From a virus: a stretch of 49,480 nucleotides of DNA. The stretch lies in the IMG/VR virus record IMGVR_UViG_3300021387_000130, positions 1 through 49,480 of that record; one strand, 5' to 3'. The number at the start of each line of letters is the position of its first letter. Position 1 is the stretch's first letter. The notes beneath the pieces were generated by a model. It saw only the letters and a program-made list of their open reading frames with translations, was not told the origin of the DNA and made no database searches. This document shows, in pieces, positions 8,432 to 15,994 of the stretch. A program made the position numbers and the translations under genes.

Positions 8432-8834
8432 CTGTTGTTCCTCCCTTCACAATAGCGGAAATCTGCTCCCGGATTTGTTTCTCAAAAGCCGCAAGCTCTT
8501 CTCTGGTCACAAAATCTTTCTGAGCCTGTGGGTTTATTGCCTGACTTTGCTGTGCAGGCTGAACGGCATCCCTGATCTTGTAATCCAACACTTTCATGCT
8601 AGGCATCCCACTTGCATCTGCGGATTTGAGATAGATCACCTGATTTTCGCTGTCCCAAAGCTGAACAGTTGTGTTTGGCGCAACGAGATAAGATTTTGCT
8701 CCTGCCTCACCCTGCACCCAGATGATGCCATTTTGCTGTGGCTGAGATGCTCCCGACATCTGTGTCGGAGACATCTGCTGATATGATGGATAATACGGTT
8801 GGTATCCTACTGGAAAATTGTACGCCATGCTCAC
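8412..8834 (-). CDS. Hypothetical protein with a Q/P/Y-rich N-terminus
   Basis: 140 aa. The N-terminus is low-complexity YQPYYPSYQQMSPTQ, followed by a conserved-looking core IIWVQGEAGAKSYLVAPNTTVQLWD. Confidence 0.45.
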   Translation of the reverse strand: MSMAYNFPVGYQPYYPSYQQMSPTQMSGASQPQQNGIIWVQGEAGAKSYLVAPNTTVQLWDSENQVIYLKSADASGMPSMKVLDYKIRDAVQPAQQSQAINPQAQKDFVTREELAAFEKQIREQISAIVKGGTTDEQSAV

Positions 8835-9211
8835 TCATCCTTTCTGTACCATACATAGACTGGGATTTCCTGACTGCTATTCCAAGAGTCGTAAAGGTCA
8901 CCATTCACAACAGTGGCAACGTGCCCTCCGAAGCCTAGGACAAATGTTCCGTGAGGATTATCTTCCGCAAAGTTTTCCGCAGTGTAGCACTCAGGGCAAG
9001 TATTTGGTATCGCCCTGCGATAAAAGCCATTCTGCCGAAGCACGGAACCCCATACGCTGTCAGAGCTCGGCATATCACCCATGTAATAGCCGTTGGTAAC
9101 AATCAGCATATAGGCTGTTTCCCAGTCAATTTTCAGAGCTTTTGCTACGGCACGGACAGCGCAATCACCTACTGTTCGCCCGGTCGGATTTGGATTGTAT
9201 TTGATATACAT
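8831..9211 (-). CDS. Putative papain-like/C39-like cysteine peptidase-fold protein
   Basis: YNPNPTGRTVGDCAVRAVAKAL (candidate catalytic Cys) and GGHVATVV (candidate His). The start at MYIKY follows GAGGTGG. Confidence 0.4.
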   Translation of the reverse strand: MYIKYNPNPTGRTVGDCAVRAVAKALKIDWETAYMLIVTNGYYMGDMPSSDSVWGSVLRQNGFYRRAIPNTCPECYTAENFAEDNPHGTFVLGFGGHVATVVNGDLYDSWNSSQEIPVYVWYRKDE

Positions 9212-9285
9212 ATTGCCACCTCGCACAATAATCATATCGTCACAGGTGGCAATGAACCATGAAGCCAGTATGTAATTTATAGGCA

Positions 9286-9311
9286 ATAAAAAAGCACCCT
9301 TGCGAGTGCTT
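9286..9311 (-). terminator. Probable rho-independent terminator (minus strand)
   Basis: A 7-bp stem AAGCACU/GGUGCUU with a 6-nt loop runs into UUUUUU. Confidence 0.45.
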
Positions 9312-9417
9312 AATCTTTGAAAGCCCCTACAACGGCTTTATTTGCCGTTTTAAGGGACTTTATTTTCAAAGTTGATAATTTATATGTCTATGCGCATTGC
9401 GCTTGGAATTTGAGCGC

Positions 9418-9606
9418 TCAGCGTTGCTGTGAGATCAATCCTAGCATTTGTAAAGCTTCCTCAAAGCCTTTTGCTTTCAGATACCACTCTCTGTTGCCTT
9501 CGGTATCTGCCGCATCCCGGCAAAGCAGGGCAATATGTTTGAGTTCCTTTAACCTGTCACGAGCTTTGAAGACCTCTGCTTCTTCCAGTATATATTGCTT
9601 ACGCAT
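9418..9606 (-). CDS. Hypothetical protein
   Basis: The start at MRKQYILEE follows GAGGAGAGG. Confidence 0.4.
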   Translation of the reverse strand: MRKQYILEEAEVFKARDRLKELKHIALLCRDAADTEGNREWYLKAKGFEEALQMLGLISQQR

Positions 9607-9621
9607 CCATCCTCTCCTCAC

Positions 9622-9831
9622 TCACACATATTCTGCTGTTTCTAAATCCACGTCAAGCTCGGATGCTCCCATGAGCTCTCCGTTGCCTGCATTCCACTGG
9701 TCAATCCAATCTGCGAAAAATTGTTCCGGGTCTGTTATCACAATGTTTCCAAACTTATTAACCTTAACTGCGTCAGTCTCCATGCCTATAACATTCATGG
9801 AGATACTCAGTTTTGCATATCCGCTTATCAT
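9622..9831 (-). CDS. Hypothetical protein
   Basis: The start at MISGYAKL follows GGGGGTGA. The longer track ORF overlaps the next gene. Confidence 0.4.
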   Translation of the reverse strand: MISGYAKLSISMNVIGMETDAVKVNKFGNIVITDPEQFFADWIDQWNAGNGELMGASELDVDLETAEYV

Positions 9832-9838
9832 CACGCTA

Positions 9839-9991
9839 TCACCCCCTTTGTTCCCGGATTTCGTACCAAAAGTCCTCGTTTTCTTCATCCAATTCGGTTG
9901 CCACTCTATAGGCATCCTCTTCAGTCAGATAGCCACTGTAAATAGTGGAAACCCCACCTGTTGTCATGCTTCTCTCAACAATTTCATACAT
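9839..9991 (-). CDS. Small acidic protein (50 aa), below the ORF-track cutoff
   Basis: GAAGGAGGT lies 7 nt upstream of the ATG. Translation: MYEIVERSMTTGGVSTIYSGYLTEEDAYRVATELDEENEDFWYEIREQRG. Confidence 0.5.
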   Translation of the reverse strand: MYEIVERSMTTGGVSTIYSGYLTEEDAYRVATELDEENEDFWYEIREQRG

Positions 9992-10427
9992 ATCGTCCTA
10001 CCTCCTTCAGCTGTATTCTGCAGGCGTTTGCCCAACGCCTTGCACCACTATAATGTTTCGCCGCCTCAGCCTTGAAAAAGCTAATGCGTTCATTTGCCTC
10101 TGCCACAGAGCTTGCATGATCTTCTGCAGTGATCACGTCTTCAGGAGCGGCTGTTTCACCGATTTCCGCTCTAAGACGGCAGAAGAATTCTACCTGCTCC
10201 ACCGAAGTATTGTATGCCCGGAAATCAATGTAATCCGGATCGCTTTCCAAGGCATATTTTCGCTCCAGTTGCGGAACAGCTCTTTTTGCCATCTGCTCGT
10301 CAATAAAACCTTCCTTAACGAGCGTCCCATTGATATATACTCCGTATCCGTTTTCTGTTCTTCTGATCTCTGTCATCATGTAATCCTTTCTGCCATCGTA
10401 ACCTCCGTGGTTGGGAACATCAATCAT
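9984..10427 (-). CDS. Hypothetical protein
   Basis: 147-aa ORF whose ATG is coupled to the upstream stop (ATGATTGA). Confidence 0.45.
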   Translation of the reverse strand: MIDVPNHGGYDGRKDYMMTEIRRTENGYGVYINGTLVKEGFIDEQMAKRAVPQLERKYALESDPDYIDFRAYNTSVEQVEFFCRLRAEIGETAAPEDVITAEDHASSVAEANERISFFKAEAAKHYSGARRWANACRIQLKEVGRYV

Positions 10428-10587
10428 TTTCGCAATCTGGCTGTATTTCTATTTTGATTTCTTCAACTCCATCAATTCTCAGTACATCGTCGATTGTTTT
10501 ATACAGATTTTCATAGCGCACTATCTTGTAAATAAACCATCGTCTTCTTCCTAAACTGTATAAAATTTGATACCATTCAGAAATCAT
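10420..10587 (-). CDS. Small protein (55 aa), below the ORF-track cutoff
   Basis: AAGGAGG lies 7 nt upstream of the ATG. Translation: MISEWYQILYSLGRRRWFIYKIVRYENLYKTIDDVLRIDGVEEIKIEIQPDCEND. Confidence 0.5.
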   Translation of the reverse strand: MISEWYQILYSLGRRRWFIYKIVRYENLYKTIDDVLRIDGVEEIKIEIQPDCEND

Positions 10588-10634
10588 ATACTGCCTCCTT
10601 CTGCCCGGTTTACCCGCCGGGCTCGGGAATTTTT

Positions 10635-11075
10635 TTATTTTTCAATAACCGCCTTACCGTATTTTTCGATATACTTTGGTGCCCATTTCTTACCTTTTTC
10701 AGTGAGTCCGATATAAGTTGTGATCTTCTTTCCGGTTCCATCCTTTCCAAAAGACTTTTCATAAACTTTCTTCCAAAGGAAGCCCTCGGCTACAAGTTCA
10801 TCTCTAACTTTCCTTGCATTATCATCTGCAAGAATACTTGCCTCTGAAGTAACTACCCAATTAAAACTCTTTCTGTATTCTTCCCAAGTCCAAAGACCAT
10901 GGCTTTCCTTGAACCCTTCTCTTACCTTCTGCTCGCCTGCCTCGATAAAGAGATCCATATCCTGCTCAAATTCGGGAAAGAAATGCGTGCTTTTCTTGTT
11001 CTCAAGTTCCCCAATATAGTAAAGGAAAATCTGAACCTTTAAACTTGCTCCATGTATCTTCTTAACTGTTGTCAT
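10635..11075 (-). CDS. Hypothetical protein, possibly with a C-terminal winged helix
   Basis: The GFLWKKV...GKKITTYIGLTEKGKKW segment resembles PadR/MarR-type wHTH wings. It is the first gene after promoter 11123-11151. Confidence 0.35.
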   Translation of the reverse strand: MTTVKKIHGASLKVQIFLYYIGELENKKSTHFFPEFEQDMDLFIEAGEQKVREGFKESHGLWTWEEYRKSFNWVVTSEASILADDNARKVRDELVAEGFLWKKVYEKSFGKDGTGKKITTYIGLTEKGKKWAPKYIEKYGKAVIEK

Positions 11076-11122
11076 TTCTTTGTCCTCCTTTGTGGGATCA
11101 GGTTTTCTTTGTTTCTATAAAC

Positions 11123-11151
11123 AGTATAGCGCATCCCGTTCAATATGTCAA
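11123..11151 (-). promoter_or_regulatory. Sigma-A-type promoter (family member)
   Basis: Minus strand reads AAAATATATTGACA-17 nt-TATACT, with GCGC immediately before the -10. Confidence 0.7.
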
Positions 11152-11192
11152 TATATTTTTATAAAAAAACAACAAAAAAATATGCCACCGGA

Positions 11193-11408
11193 TTATTCCA
11201 GTGGCATATGCCTGAACAATATGTTTTGCCGCTTGTATACAATATTACTGATCTGCCTGACTGACATATCAAACTCTTCTGCCAGACGTTCATATGTCAG
11301 CCCATCAACAAGTCTGCGCTTAAGGATTGCCCTGTCTCGCTCTGCATTCCTGCCTACAATCCACTCATCAATCAGGATACAAATTTCGGTTCTTGACCAG
11401 TCTTTCAT
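11193..11408 (-). CDS. Sigma-70 region-4-like HTH protein (possible late-gene activator)
   Basis: LTYERLAEEFDMSVRQISNIVYK is a sigma region-4 type HTH. The protein is 71 aa. Confidence 0.5.
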   Translation of the reverse strand: MKDWSRTEICILIDEWIVGRNAERDRAILKRRLVDGLTYERLAEEFDMSVRQISNIVYKRQNILFRHMPLE

Positions 11409-11525
11409 CCCTTCTTACTCTTGTGCCAGTTCTTAATCCTGCCAGTACCTCCGCACATGTTGCAAGAGATATAACCGGAGTTGCCCCCGGTTTTTCTCTT
11501 TCTTGATTTGGTTGTTGTTTTAACC

Positions 11526-11792
11526 CTAGTTCTGACTCTCTGTTTCGCCATAATAATCTCCACCTATAAAGGTATTCGAGCCATTATCTGCGTCCTGTGA
11601 TACATCCTGATACGTTTCTGTAGTGGTGACTACTTCTTCAAATTGCGACTCATAAAATATCCATCCTGCGTTTGTTCCTACGAGAAGAACGACAAGCAGG
11701 ATGCTCAGTATCCACAGCCTCTTGTTCGTCCTCTCAAGCCTTGCCATATCGCCCTCATGGACGATATAAGGAACGTTGATTTTCTCTTCCAT
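11526..11792 (-). CDS. Small membrane protein
   Basis: The start at MEEKINV follows AAGGAGG. The TM helix is LWILSILLVVLLVGTNAGWIF. The gene ends in TAG. Confidence 0.5.
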   Translation of the reverse strand: MEEKINVPYIVHEGDMARLERTNKRLWILSILLVVLLVGTNAGWIFYESQFEEVVTTTETYQDVSQDADNGSNTFIGGDYYGETESQN

Positions 11793-11835
11793 TGCTTTCC
11801 TCCTTATGGGATACAAGGTTTATATTTACTCCTTA

Positions 11836-11864
11836 AATATACCATAAGTTGCTGTATATGTCAA
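11836..11864 (-). promoter_or_regulatory. Sigma-A-type promoter (family member)
   Basis: Minus strand reads TTTTTATTGACA-17 nt-TATATT. Confidence 0.65.
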
Positions 11865-11872
11865 TAAAAACC

Positions 11873-13222
11873 TTAAACGGCTTGGATATAAGCAGATGAA
11901 ACAAAGCCGTAATATTTACCTGCGATTCTGATGTAATACCAAGGTTTGCCATTCTTGGCTGTGACCTTATCGCACACATCTACAAGATTGCCATAAGCAA
12001 GCACAGGATATGATTTGATGTTAGGATACTCAGTTCCTGCCCAAGTCCGCACATTGAGATAATCCGCAGTAACTCTGCTGACCCACTGCGGCTCTTTGCT
12101 AAGCTCAGTATCGGCAGACTGCTGTTCAGGCTCAGGCTTTTCCACAGGCTTATCGGCAATGCTTCCTTCCGCATATTTTGGAGCCGCATAGCCCCTGATA
12201 TAACCCCATCCAACAGGAATGTGGCGTTTTCTTACTGCGTTACCATAGTTGCCTTCAATGACAGTAATGATATTGCCGGATGCTCCATGGGAAATGCTTT
12301 CCACTATGCCGATATGATCTGCATACCCATCATTCGGCTGAGTTACATCATCCCAATTGTAAGTGATGATATAGCCGGGCTTCGGAATGATATTTCCGTT
12401 TTCAATCCAGATGCCCTTTGCTTTGAAAATCTTAATGTGTTCCTCTACGCCGCATTCCACGTTACCAATCAAGCTCACTGCGCCTGCCTTGATAAATGCC
12501 GCTGAGATGGTAGTATCGCACCAAGCTACGCCATACGGAACTCTGTATCCCCTCGGATAGCCGTACTTTTCACCATAAGCATTGTAAATATCGATGATCT
12601 GCTTGTATTTGCCGTTAGACTCGGAAAAGCCAACCCAAGAGTCCATGATGCCTATGATGTCCTCTGCAGTGACATTGGTATCACTGGAGCTTGCCATCAT
12701 TTCATCATAAATTGCTTTGCCATAGCTGTATCTGATGCTTTGCACATAAGCGCTCTGGTCTGCAGGCATCTCAAACTTCATGAGCACAGCATTTGATGCG
12801 ACCATGATATCTTTTGTGGAAATAAGCGTGTTCAACACCGACTTATAATCGGTAGCAAGCTCACTAATCAGAAATTCAAGCTGTGCATTCAAGTCTCCGA
12901 TAGAAACACCTGCTTTTTTGCAGTAATCATACAATCTATGTTTTCTGCTTGGGCTTGTCCACTGAGCTAAGCCGTATCCGTACTGCTTAGCCATAGGGCG
13001 CAGAAATTCTGCTTCTGAGATTGTGCCGTTATCCACGGCTTCTGTGTAAGAAGCATCCGTATATACTTTTCCGATCTGTCTATATCTGTTTAAGCACAAG
13101 ATTTCCACACGATTTGCGATTAACCCGGATTCGGCCTGCAGATTGCCCATCAGCCCTGCCGCTCCCTGAGGCGTAAGCCCTGCGCCAGTCAGAAAATCCC
13201 ATATCACTTTTACGTCAGACAT
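11873..13222 (-). CDS. Endolysin: lysozyme-like N-terminal domain + CHAP + SH3
   Basis: LTPQGAAGLMGNLQAESGL is a phage tail-lysozyme-type motif. The CHAP domain is marked by Cys (VAWCDTTISAAF) and His (ADHIGIV). The C-terminus has SH3-like YLNVRTWAG...WYYIRIAGKYYGFV. Confidence 0.8.
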   Translation of the reverse strand: MSDVKVIWDFLTGAGLTPQGAAGLMGNLQAESGLIANRVEILCLNRYRQIGKVYTDASYTEAVDNGTISEAEFLRPMAKQYGYGLAQWTSPSRKHRLYDYCKKAGVSIGDLNAQLEFLISELATDYKSVLNTLISTKDIMVASNAVLMKFEMPADQSAYVQSIRYSYGKAIYDEMMASSSDTNVTAEDIIGIMDSWVGFSESNGKYKQIIDIYNAYGEKYGYPRGYRVPYGVAWCDTTISAAFIKAGAVSLIGNVECGVEEHIKIFKAKGIWIENGNIIPKPGYIITYNWDDVTQPNDGYADHIGIVESISHGASGNIITVIEGNYGNAVRKRHIPVGWGYIRGYAAPKYAEGSIADKPVEKPEPEQQSADTELSKEPQWVSRVTADYLNVRTWAGTEYPNIKSYPVLAYGNLVDVCDKVTAKNGKPWYYIRIAGKYYGFVSSAYIQAV

Positions 13223-13224
13223 CT

Positions 13225-13491
13225 TTACTCCTCCTGCCCTAACTGCTTAACAATCTGGTTAACTCCTGTAGACGCAAGCCCAGATGCAATTCCAACAGCG
13301 ATTGCATTGATCAAATCTTTTGCAGGAAAATCAGGCATAACACGCATCCCCACAGCCCCCAGAACTCCCCCGGCTACACCAACGATAACCGGGATAAACT
13401 TGTCGGGAATTGCCTCTGCCGCCTTACATCCCATGCCAATCAGATATGTGATTGCGATGATTGCCGGAACTGTTGCAATTAAACTATCCAT
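13225..13491 (-). CDS. Holin
   Basis: 88 aa with three hydrophobic segments and a charged C-terminus. It lies immediately upstream of the endolysin. Confidence 0.7.
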   Translation of the reverse strand: MDSLIATVPAIIAITYLIGMGCKAAEAIPDKFIPVIVGVAGGVLGAVGMRVMPDFPAKDLINAIAVGIASGLASTGVNQIVKQLGQEE

Positions 13492-13501
13492 ATTCTTCCC
13501 T

Positions 13502-13753
13502 CTAATCCCTTGTGATCGATTTGATTTGTTCGTCCATCATTCCCTGACGTTTTTCAAGCTCGTATACACGCTCGACAATATTGTTATGCTTGGAGACTTC
13601 CTTCTCCAAGCATTCCAATCGATATGATATGAGCACAATATTGTCTTCGTGCTTTTTTTCGCTCTCTTCATGCTGATAATAGTTGTTAATCAGGCACACA
13701 ATCAAAGTGATCACTCCTGATACAACGCCAGTAACAATGGCTGTATAGTCCAT
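13502..13753 (-). CDS. Lysis-associated membrane/coiled-coil protein (XhlA-like architecture)
   Basis: N-terminal TM AIVTGVVSGVITLIVCLI plus a coiled coil. The gene ends in TAG. Confidence 0.45.
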   Translation of the reverse strand: MDYTAIVTGVVSGVITLIVCLINNYYQHEESEKKHEDNIVLISYRLECLEKEVSKHNNIVERVYELEKRQGMMDEQIKSITRD

Positions 13754-13755
13754 GT

Positions 13756-14514
13756 TTACAATGACCTCTCGTTAATGATAGCGTTGACGCCTCTCTTTTT
13801 CAAGAGATTAACCTGCGCCTGCGCCTCCTGCATGGTACGATATGTTTTCTCAAGCAGTACCCGATAGAATTTTTCATCGTTCTCTACAACAGCTTTGAAC
13901 CCTTTGTCACCGATGATCTTCACCTGTCTATCGGAGTTTGTCTTGCGCTCAAATGCACCAAGCTGAACTCTGTATACGGTTATCTTTTTCGGCCTGAGAA
14001 CACTGCCGACTTTTTGCGAACCATATACCGTACTGCCGATCCACTTCTTGAATACTGCATTTTCGCCGGAGCCGTTGCAATAAGCGTGTCCGGTATCGAA
14101 CCACTCATTATCGCCTAAATACATATTGGTATGGTTCATGCTATAATAAGTGACAATATCTCCGAGCTTAATCGTACCATCCTTCAAGCACTGATTAACA
14201 GTCTTTTTGCCTTTAATCGGAACGAGAATGTAATGGTTCAGCATTTCCTCTTTGACAGCTTTAGTTTTGAATACCACATCGCCTCCCCTTTTGCCGTAAA
14301 AACCCCCGACAAAACCGGAAAGCACATCAGCTTCGATTAACGCCCAGATCACGCCCCTTGCACAGTTCGTTCTGCGCAGTGGCTTTTTCTCTGCCTGATC
14401 AAAGGTATCTGCTATTTTGAGCTTGTTCGTGTATGTCCACTTTTTACCGCCCTTAATATCAGCCACGACATCGGCATTCAATCGCTTTGCCGTCTGCACT
14501 GCATTGCTGACCAT
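13756..14514 (-). CDS. Cell-wall hydrolase-like protein with a C-terminal SPOR domain
   Basis: Candidate NlpC/P60-like Cys (RRTNCARGV) and His (MNHTNMY). The C-terminal YRVQLGAFERKTNSDRQV...GFKAVV...YRVLL is a SPOR repeat. Confidence 0.55.
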   Translation of the reverse strand: MVSNAVQTAKRLNADVVADIKGGKKWTYTNKLKIADTFDQAEKKPLRRTNCARGVIWALIEADVLSGFVGGFYGKRGGDVVFKTKAVKEEMLNHYILVPIKGKKTVNQCLKDGTIKLGDIVTYYSMNHTNMYLGDNEWFDTGHAYCNGSGENAVFKKWIGSTVYGSQKVGSVLRPKKITVYRVQLGAFERKTNSDRQVKIIGDKGFKAVVENDEKFYRVLLEKTYRTMQEAQAQVNLLKKRGVNAIINERSL

Positions 14515-14610
14515 ACTGCTTCTCCTTCCGTTTTAATTGAGTTAAAATTGAGTTAAACTCGAACTCCAACTCGATTATATTACATTGCCGATCAATCGTC
14601 CATATCATTT

Positions 14611-14632
14611 TTACTGCACTAAACTCCAACTT
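14611..14632. repeat. Left copy of a perfect 22-bp inverted repeat (partner 15468-15489)
   Basis: ttactgcactaaactccaactt is the exact reverse complement of 15468-15489. It abuts the TAG stop of 14633..15160. Confidence 0.95.
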
Positions 14633-15160
14633 CTATCGTATCCCTTTAAACGCTTTCATTATATTTTGAGCGTGATCGTCCATACACATATCCTCAGAAA
14701 TTTGTGTATTGACAAATATTTTATTATTAGTCGCTAATTCAGTCTGAATTAAAACATCCTGTTTTCTGCGGTATCCATCTTCAACACTAATGATAATTCT
14801 TTTATGCCAGTCAGCCTGGAACCTAGTCTGCATTCGCAGAATATTTCTGCCTAACTCATACATACAAATAGGCTGATCGCTCACTCCTGACGAAAAATAC
14901 ATCGAAAAGATATCGCATTTTTCTAGCATGTCATATTCCCACTTAATCTGCTGACGCGATGCCGATTTATCATTAATTGGGAAATTGTCACGGCGGGGAT
15001 TAAATAGGACAAGTGAGTCATTGACTACACTATAATCATTCTTAACAGTATCAATTACATATTTCTGCCAATCGGGGCAGTTCGTTATTCCTCCAGCCAA
15101 GAAGACGGTGACATCTTTATCATATGGATTGTAATGTTCTGGTGCTGTTATTACTCGCAC
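14633..15160 (-). CDS. Nucleoside 2-deoxyribosyltransferase-like protein (moron in the tail/lysis junction)
   Basis: VFLAGGITNCPDWQ...LFNPRR...QIKWEYDMLEKCD...MYELG matches the Nuc_deoxyrib_tr-like fold signature. It has a GTG start 6 nt after AGGAGG. Confidence 0.5.
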   Translation of the reverse strand: MRVITAPEHYNPYDKDVTVFLAGGITNCPDWQKYVIDTVKNDYSVVNDSLVLFNPRRDNFPINDKSASRQQIKWEYDMLEKCDIFSMYFSSGVSDQPICMYELGRNILRMQTRFQADWHKRIIISVEDGYRRKQDVLIQTELATNNKIFVNTQISEDMCMDDHAQNIMKAFKGIR

Positions 15161-15172
15161 AAATTCCTCCTA

Positions 15173-15793
15173 TTAGTTAGCCACAACATTCACTGTTACC
15201 ACTCTGACTACAGCAGCAAAATTGTCAACAGCATTCGAAGTCGCACGATAAACATTAAAATATATATTCTGATAGTTACCTGTTGCGCCAGAACAAAAAG
15301 CGAATGGAATCACAGCCGAAGAATTACTGGTATAAGCAATGAATATGGCCACAATATATTCGTTCGAAGGTATTGTGCTTTTATCCACGGCTTGAGCACC
15401 TCTCGTGCCGGGAGTTCCGGCAGAAAATGATATATTATCAAACCTTATATTACGCATTGTCAGTTTTAAGTTGGAGTTTAGTGCAGTAATCTGGTCTTGC
15501 AACACCTTGCCCTGCGATGCATCAAGCACCTTCCCCGCCGCTGATGTGGTAACGTTATTTATGATATCTGACTTGGGCACAAGGTCATCGTCAACGGAGT
15601 CCTGCAGTGCGTCAAGTGTAGCTTTCAGAGTGCGATTACTGCCTCCTAAAGAAGAAAGATTATACTGTTCAATGATTGCTTTGGCAAGCTTGGTATAATC
15701 AATCTTCTCCGTATCATTGCCATTATCCACAGGCAGAAAGTCTCCAAGCCCTAATGCCGTACTTCTTTCATTTAGCTCATGTATCTGCTTCAT
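15173..15793 (-). CDS. Tail fibre / receptor-binding-like protein
   Basis: It follows Tal. The N-terminal helical part ends ..QDQITALNSNL and is followed by a beta-rich C-terminal domain. The function is inferred from position. Confidence 0.4.
   Translation of the reverse strand: MKQIHELNERSTALGLGDFLPVDNGNDTEKIDYTKLAKAIIEQYNLSSLGGSNRTLKATLDALQDSVDDDLVPKSDIINNVTTSAAGKVLDASQGKVLQDQITALNSNLKLTMRNIRFDNISFSAGTPGTRGAQAVDKSTIPSNEYIVAIFIAYTSNSSAVIPFAFCSGATGNYQNIYFNVYRATSNAVDNFAAVVRVVTVNVVAN
15468..15489. repeat. Right copy of the perfect 22-bp inverted repeat, inside the fibre-like gene
   Basis: aagttggagtttagtgcagtaa. On the coding strand it encodes ITALNSNL, at the junction of the helical and beta-rich parts. 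Confidence 0.95.
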
Positions 15794-15796
15794 GCA

Positions 15797-15994
15797 TCAA
15801 TCCTCCATGCTCTGTGCGGCATATTCCATCAGCTCATCGATTTTGGTTTTGATTTCCGCATCGGTAACAACCCGGTCAAACCTGTTGTTATCGCTGATGA
15901 TCTTTCCTGTATTTTCATCAACCACGCTGTACGATGCGCTGAGCCTCTTTCCGATAGCATCGTTCCATACTGTAACAGATGTAATCACGTTCAT
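15797..15994 (-). CDS. Hypothetical small structural-module protein
   Basis: 65-aa ORF coupled to the Tal stop. Confidence 0.4.
   Translation of the reverse strand: MNVITSVTVWNDAIGKRLSASYSVVDENTGKIISDNNRFDRVVTDAEIKTKIDELMEYAAQSMED

Noticed and set aside
9317-10075. Long plus-strand ORFs, for example 9317..10075 (252 aa), 20748..21365 (205 aa), 31166..31780 (204 aa) and 5245..5772 (175 aa).
   Set aside because: They are antisense to well-supported minus-strand genes and have Ser/Leu/Cys-rich, low-information translations with no RBS. This is typical of shadow ORFs opposite real genes.
14611-15489. Classical Gin/Cin-type invertible tail-fibre segment (shufflon).
   Set aside because: No invertase or recombinase gene is present. 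Inversion would fuse the fibre N-terminus to only 11 codons (FYRIPLNAFIIF-stop). No oppositely oriented alternative C-terminal cassette exists. It is kept only as a possible relic.
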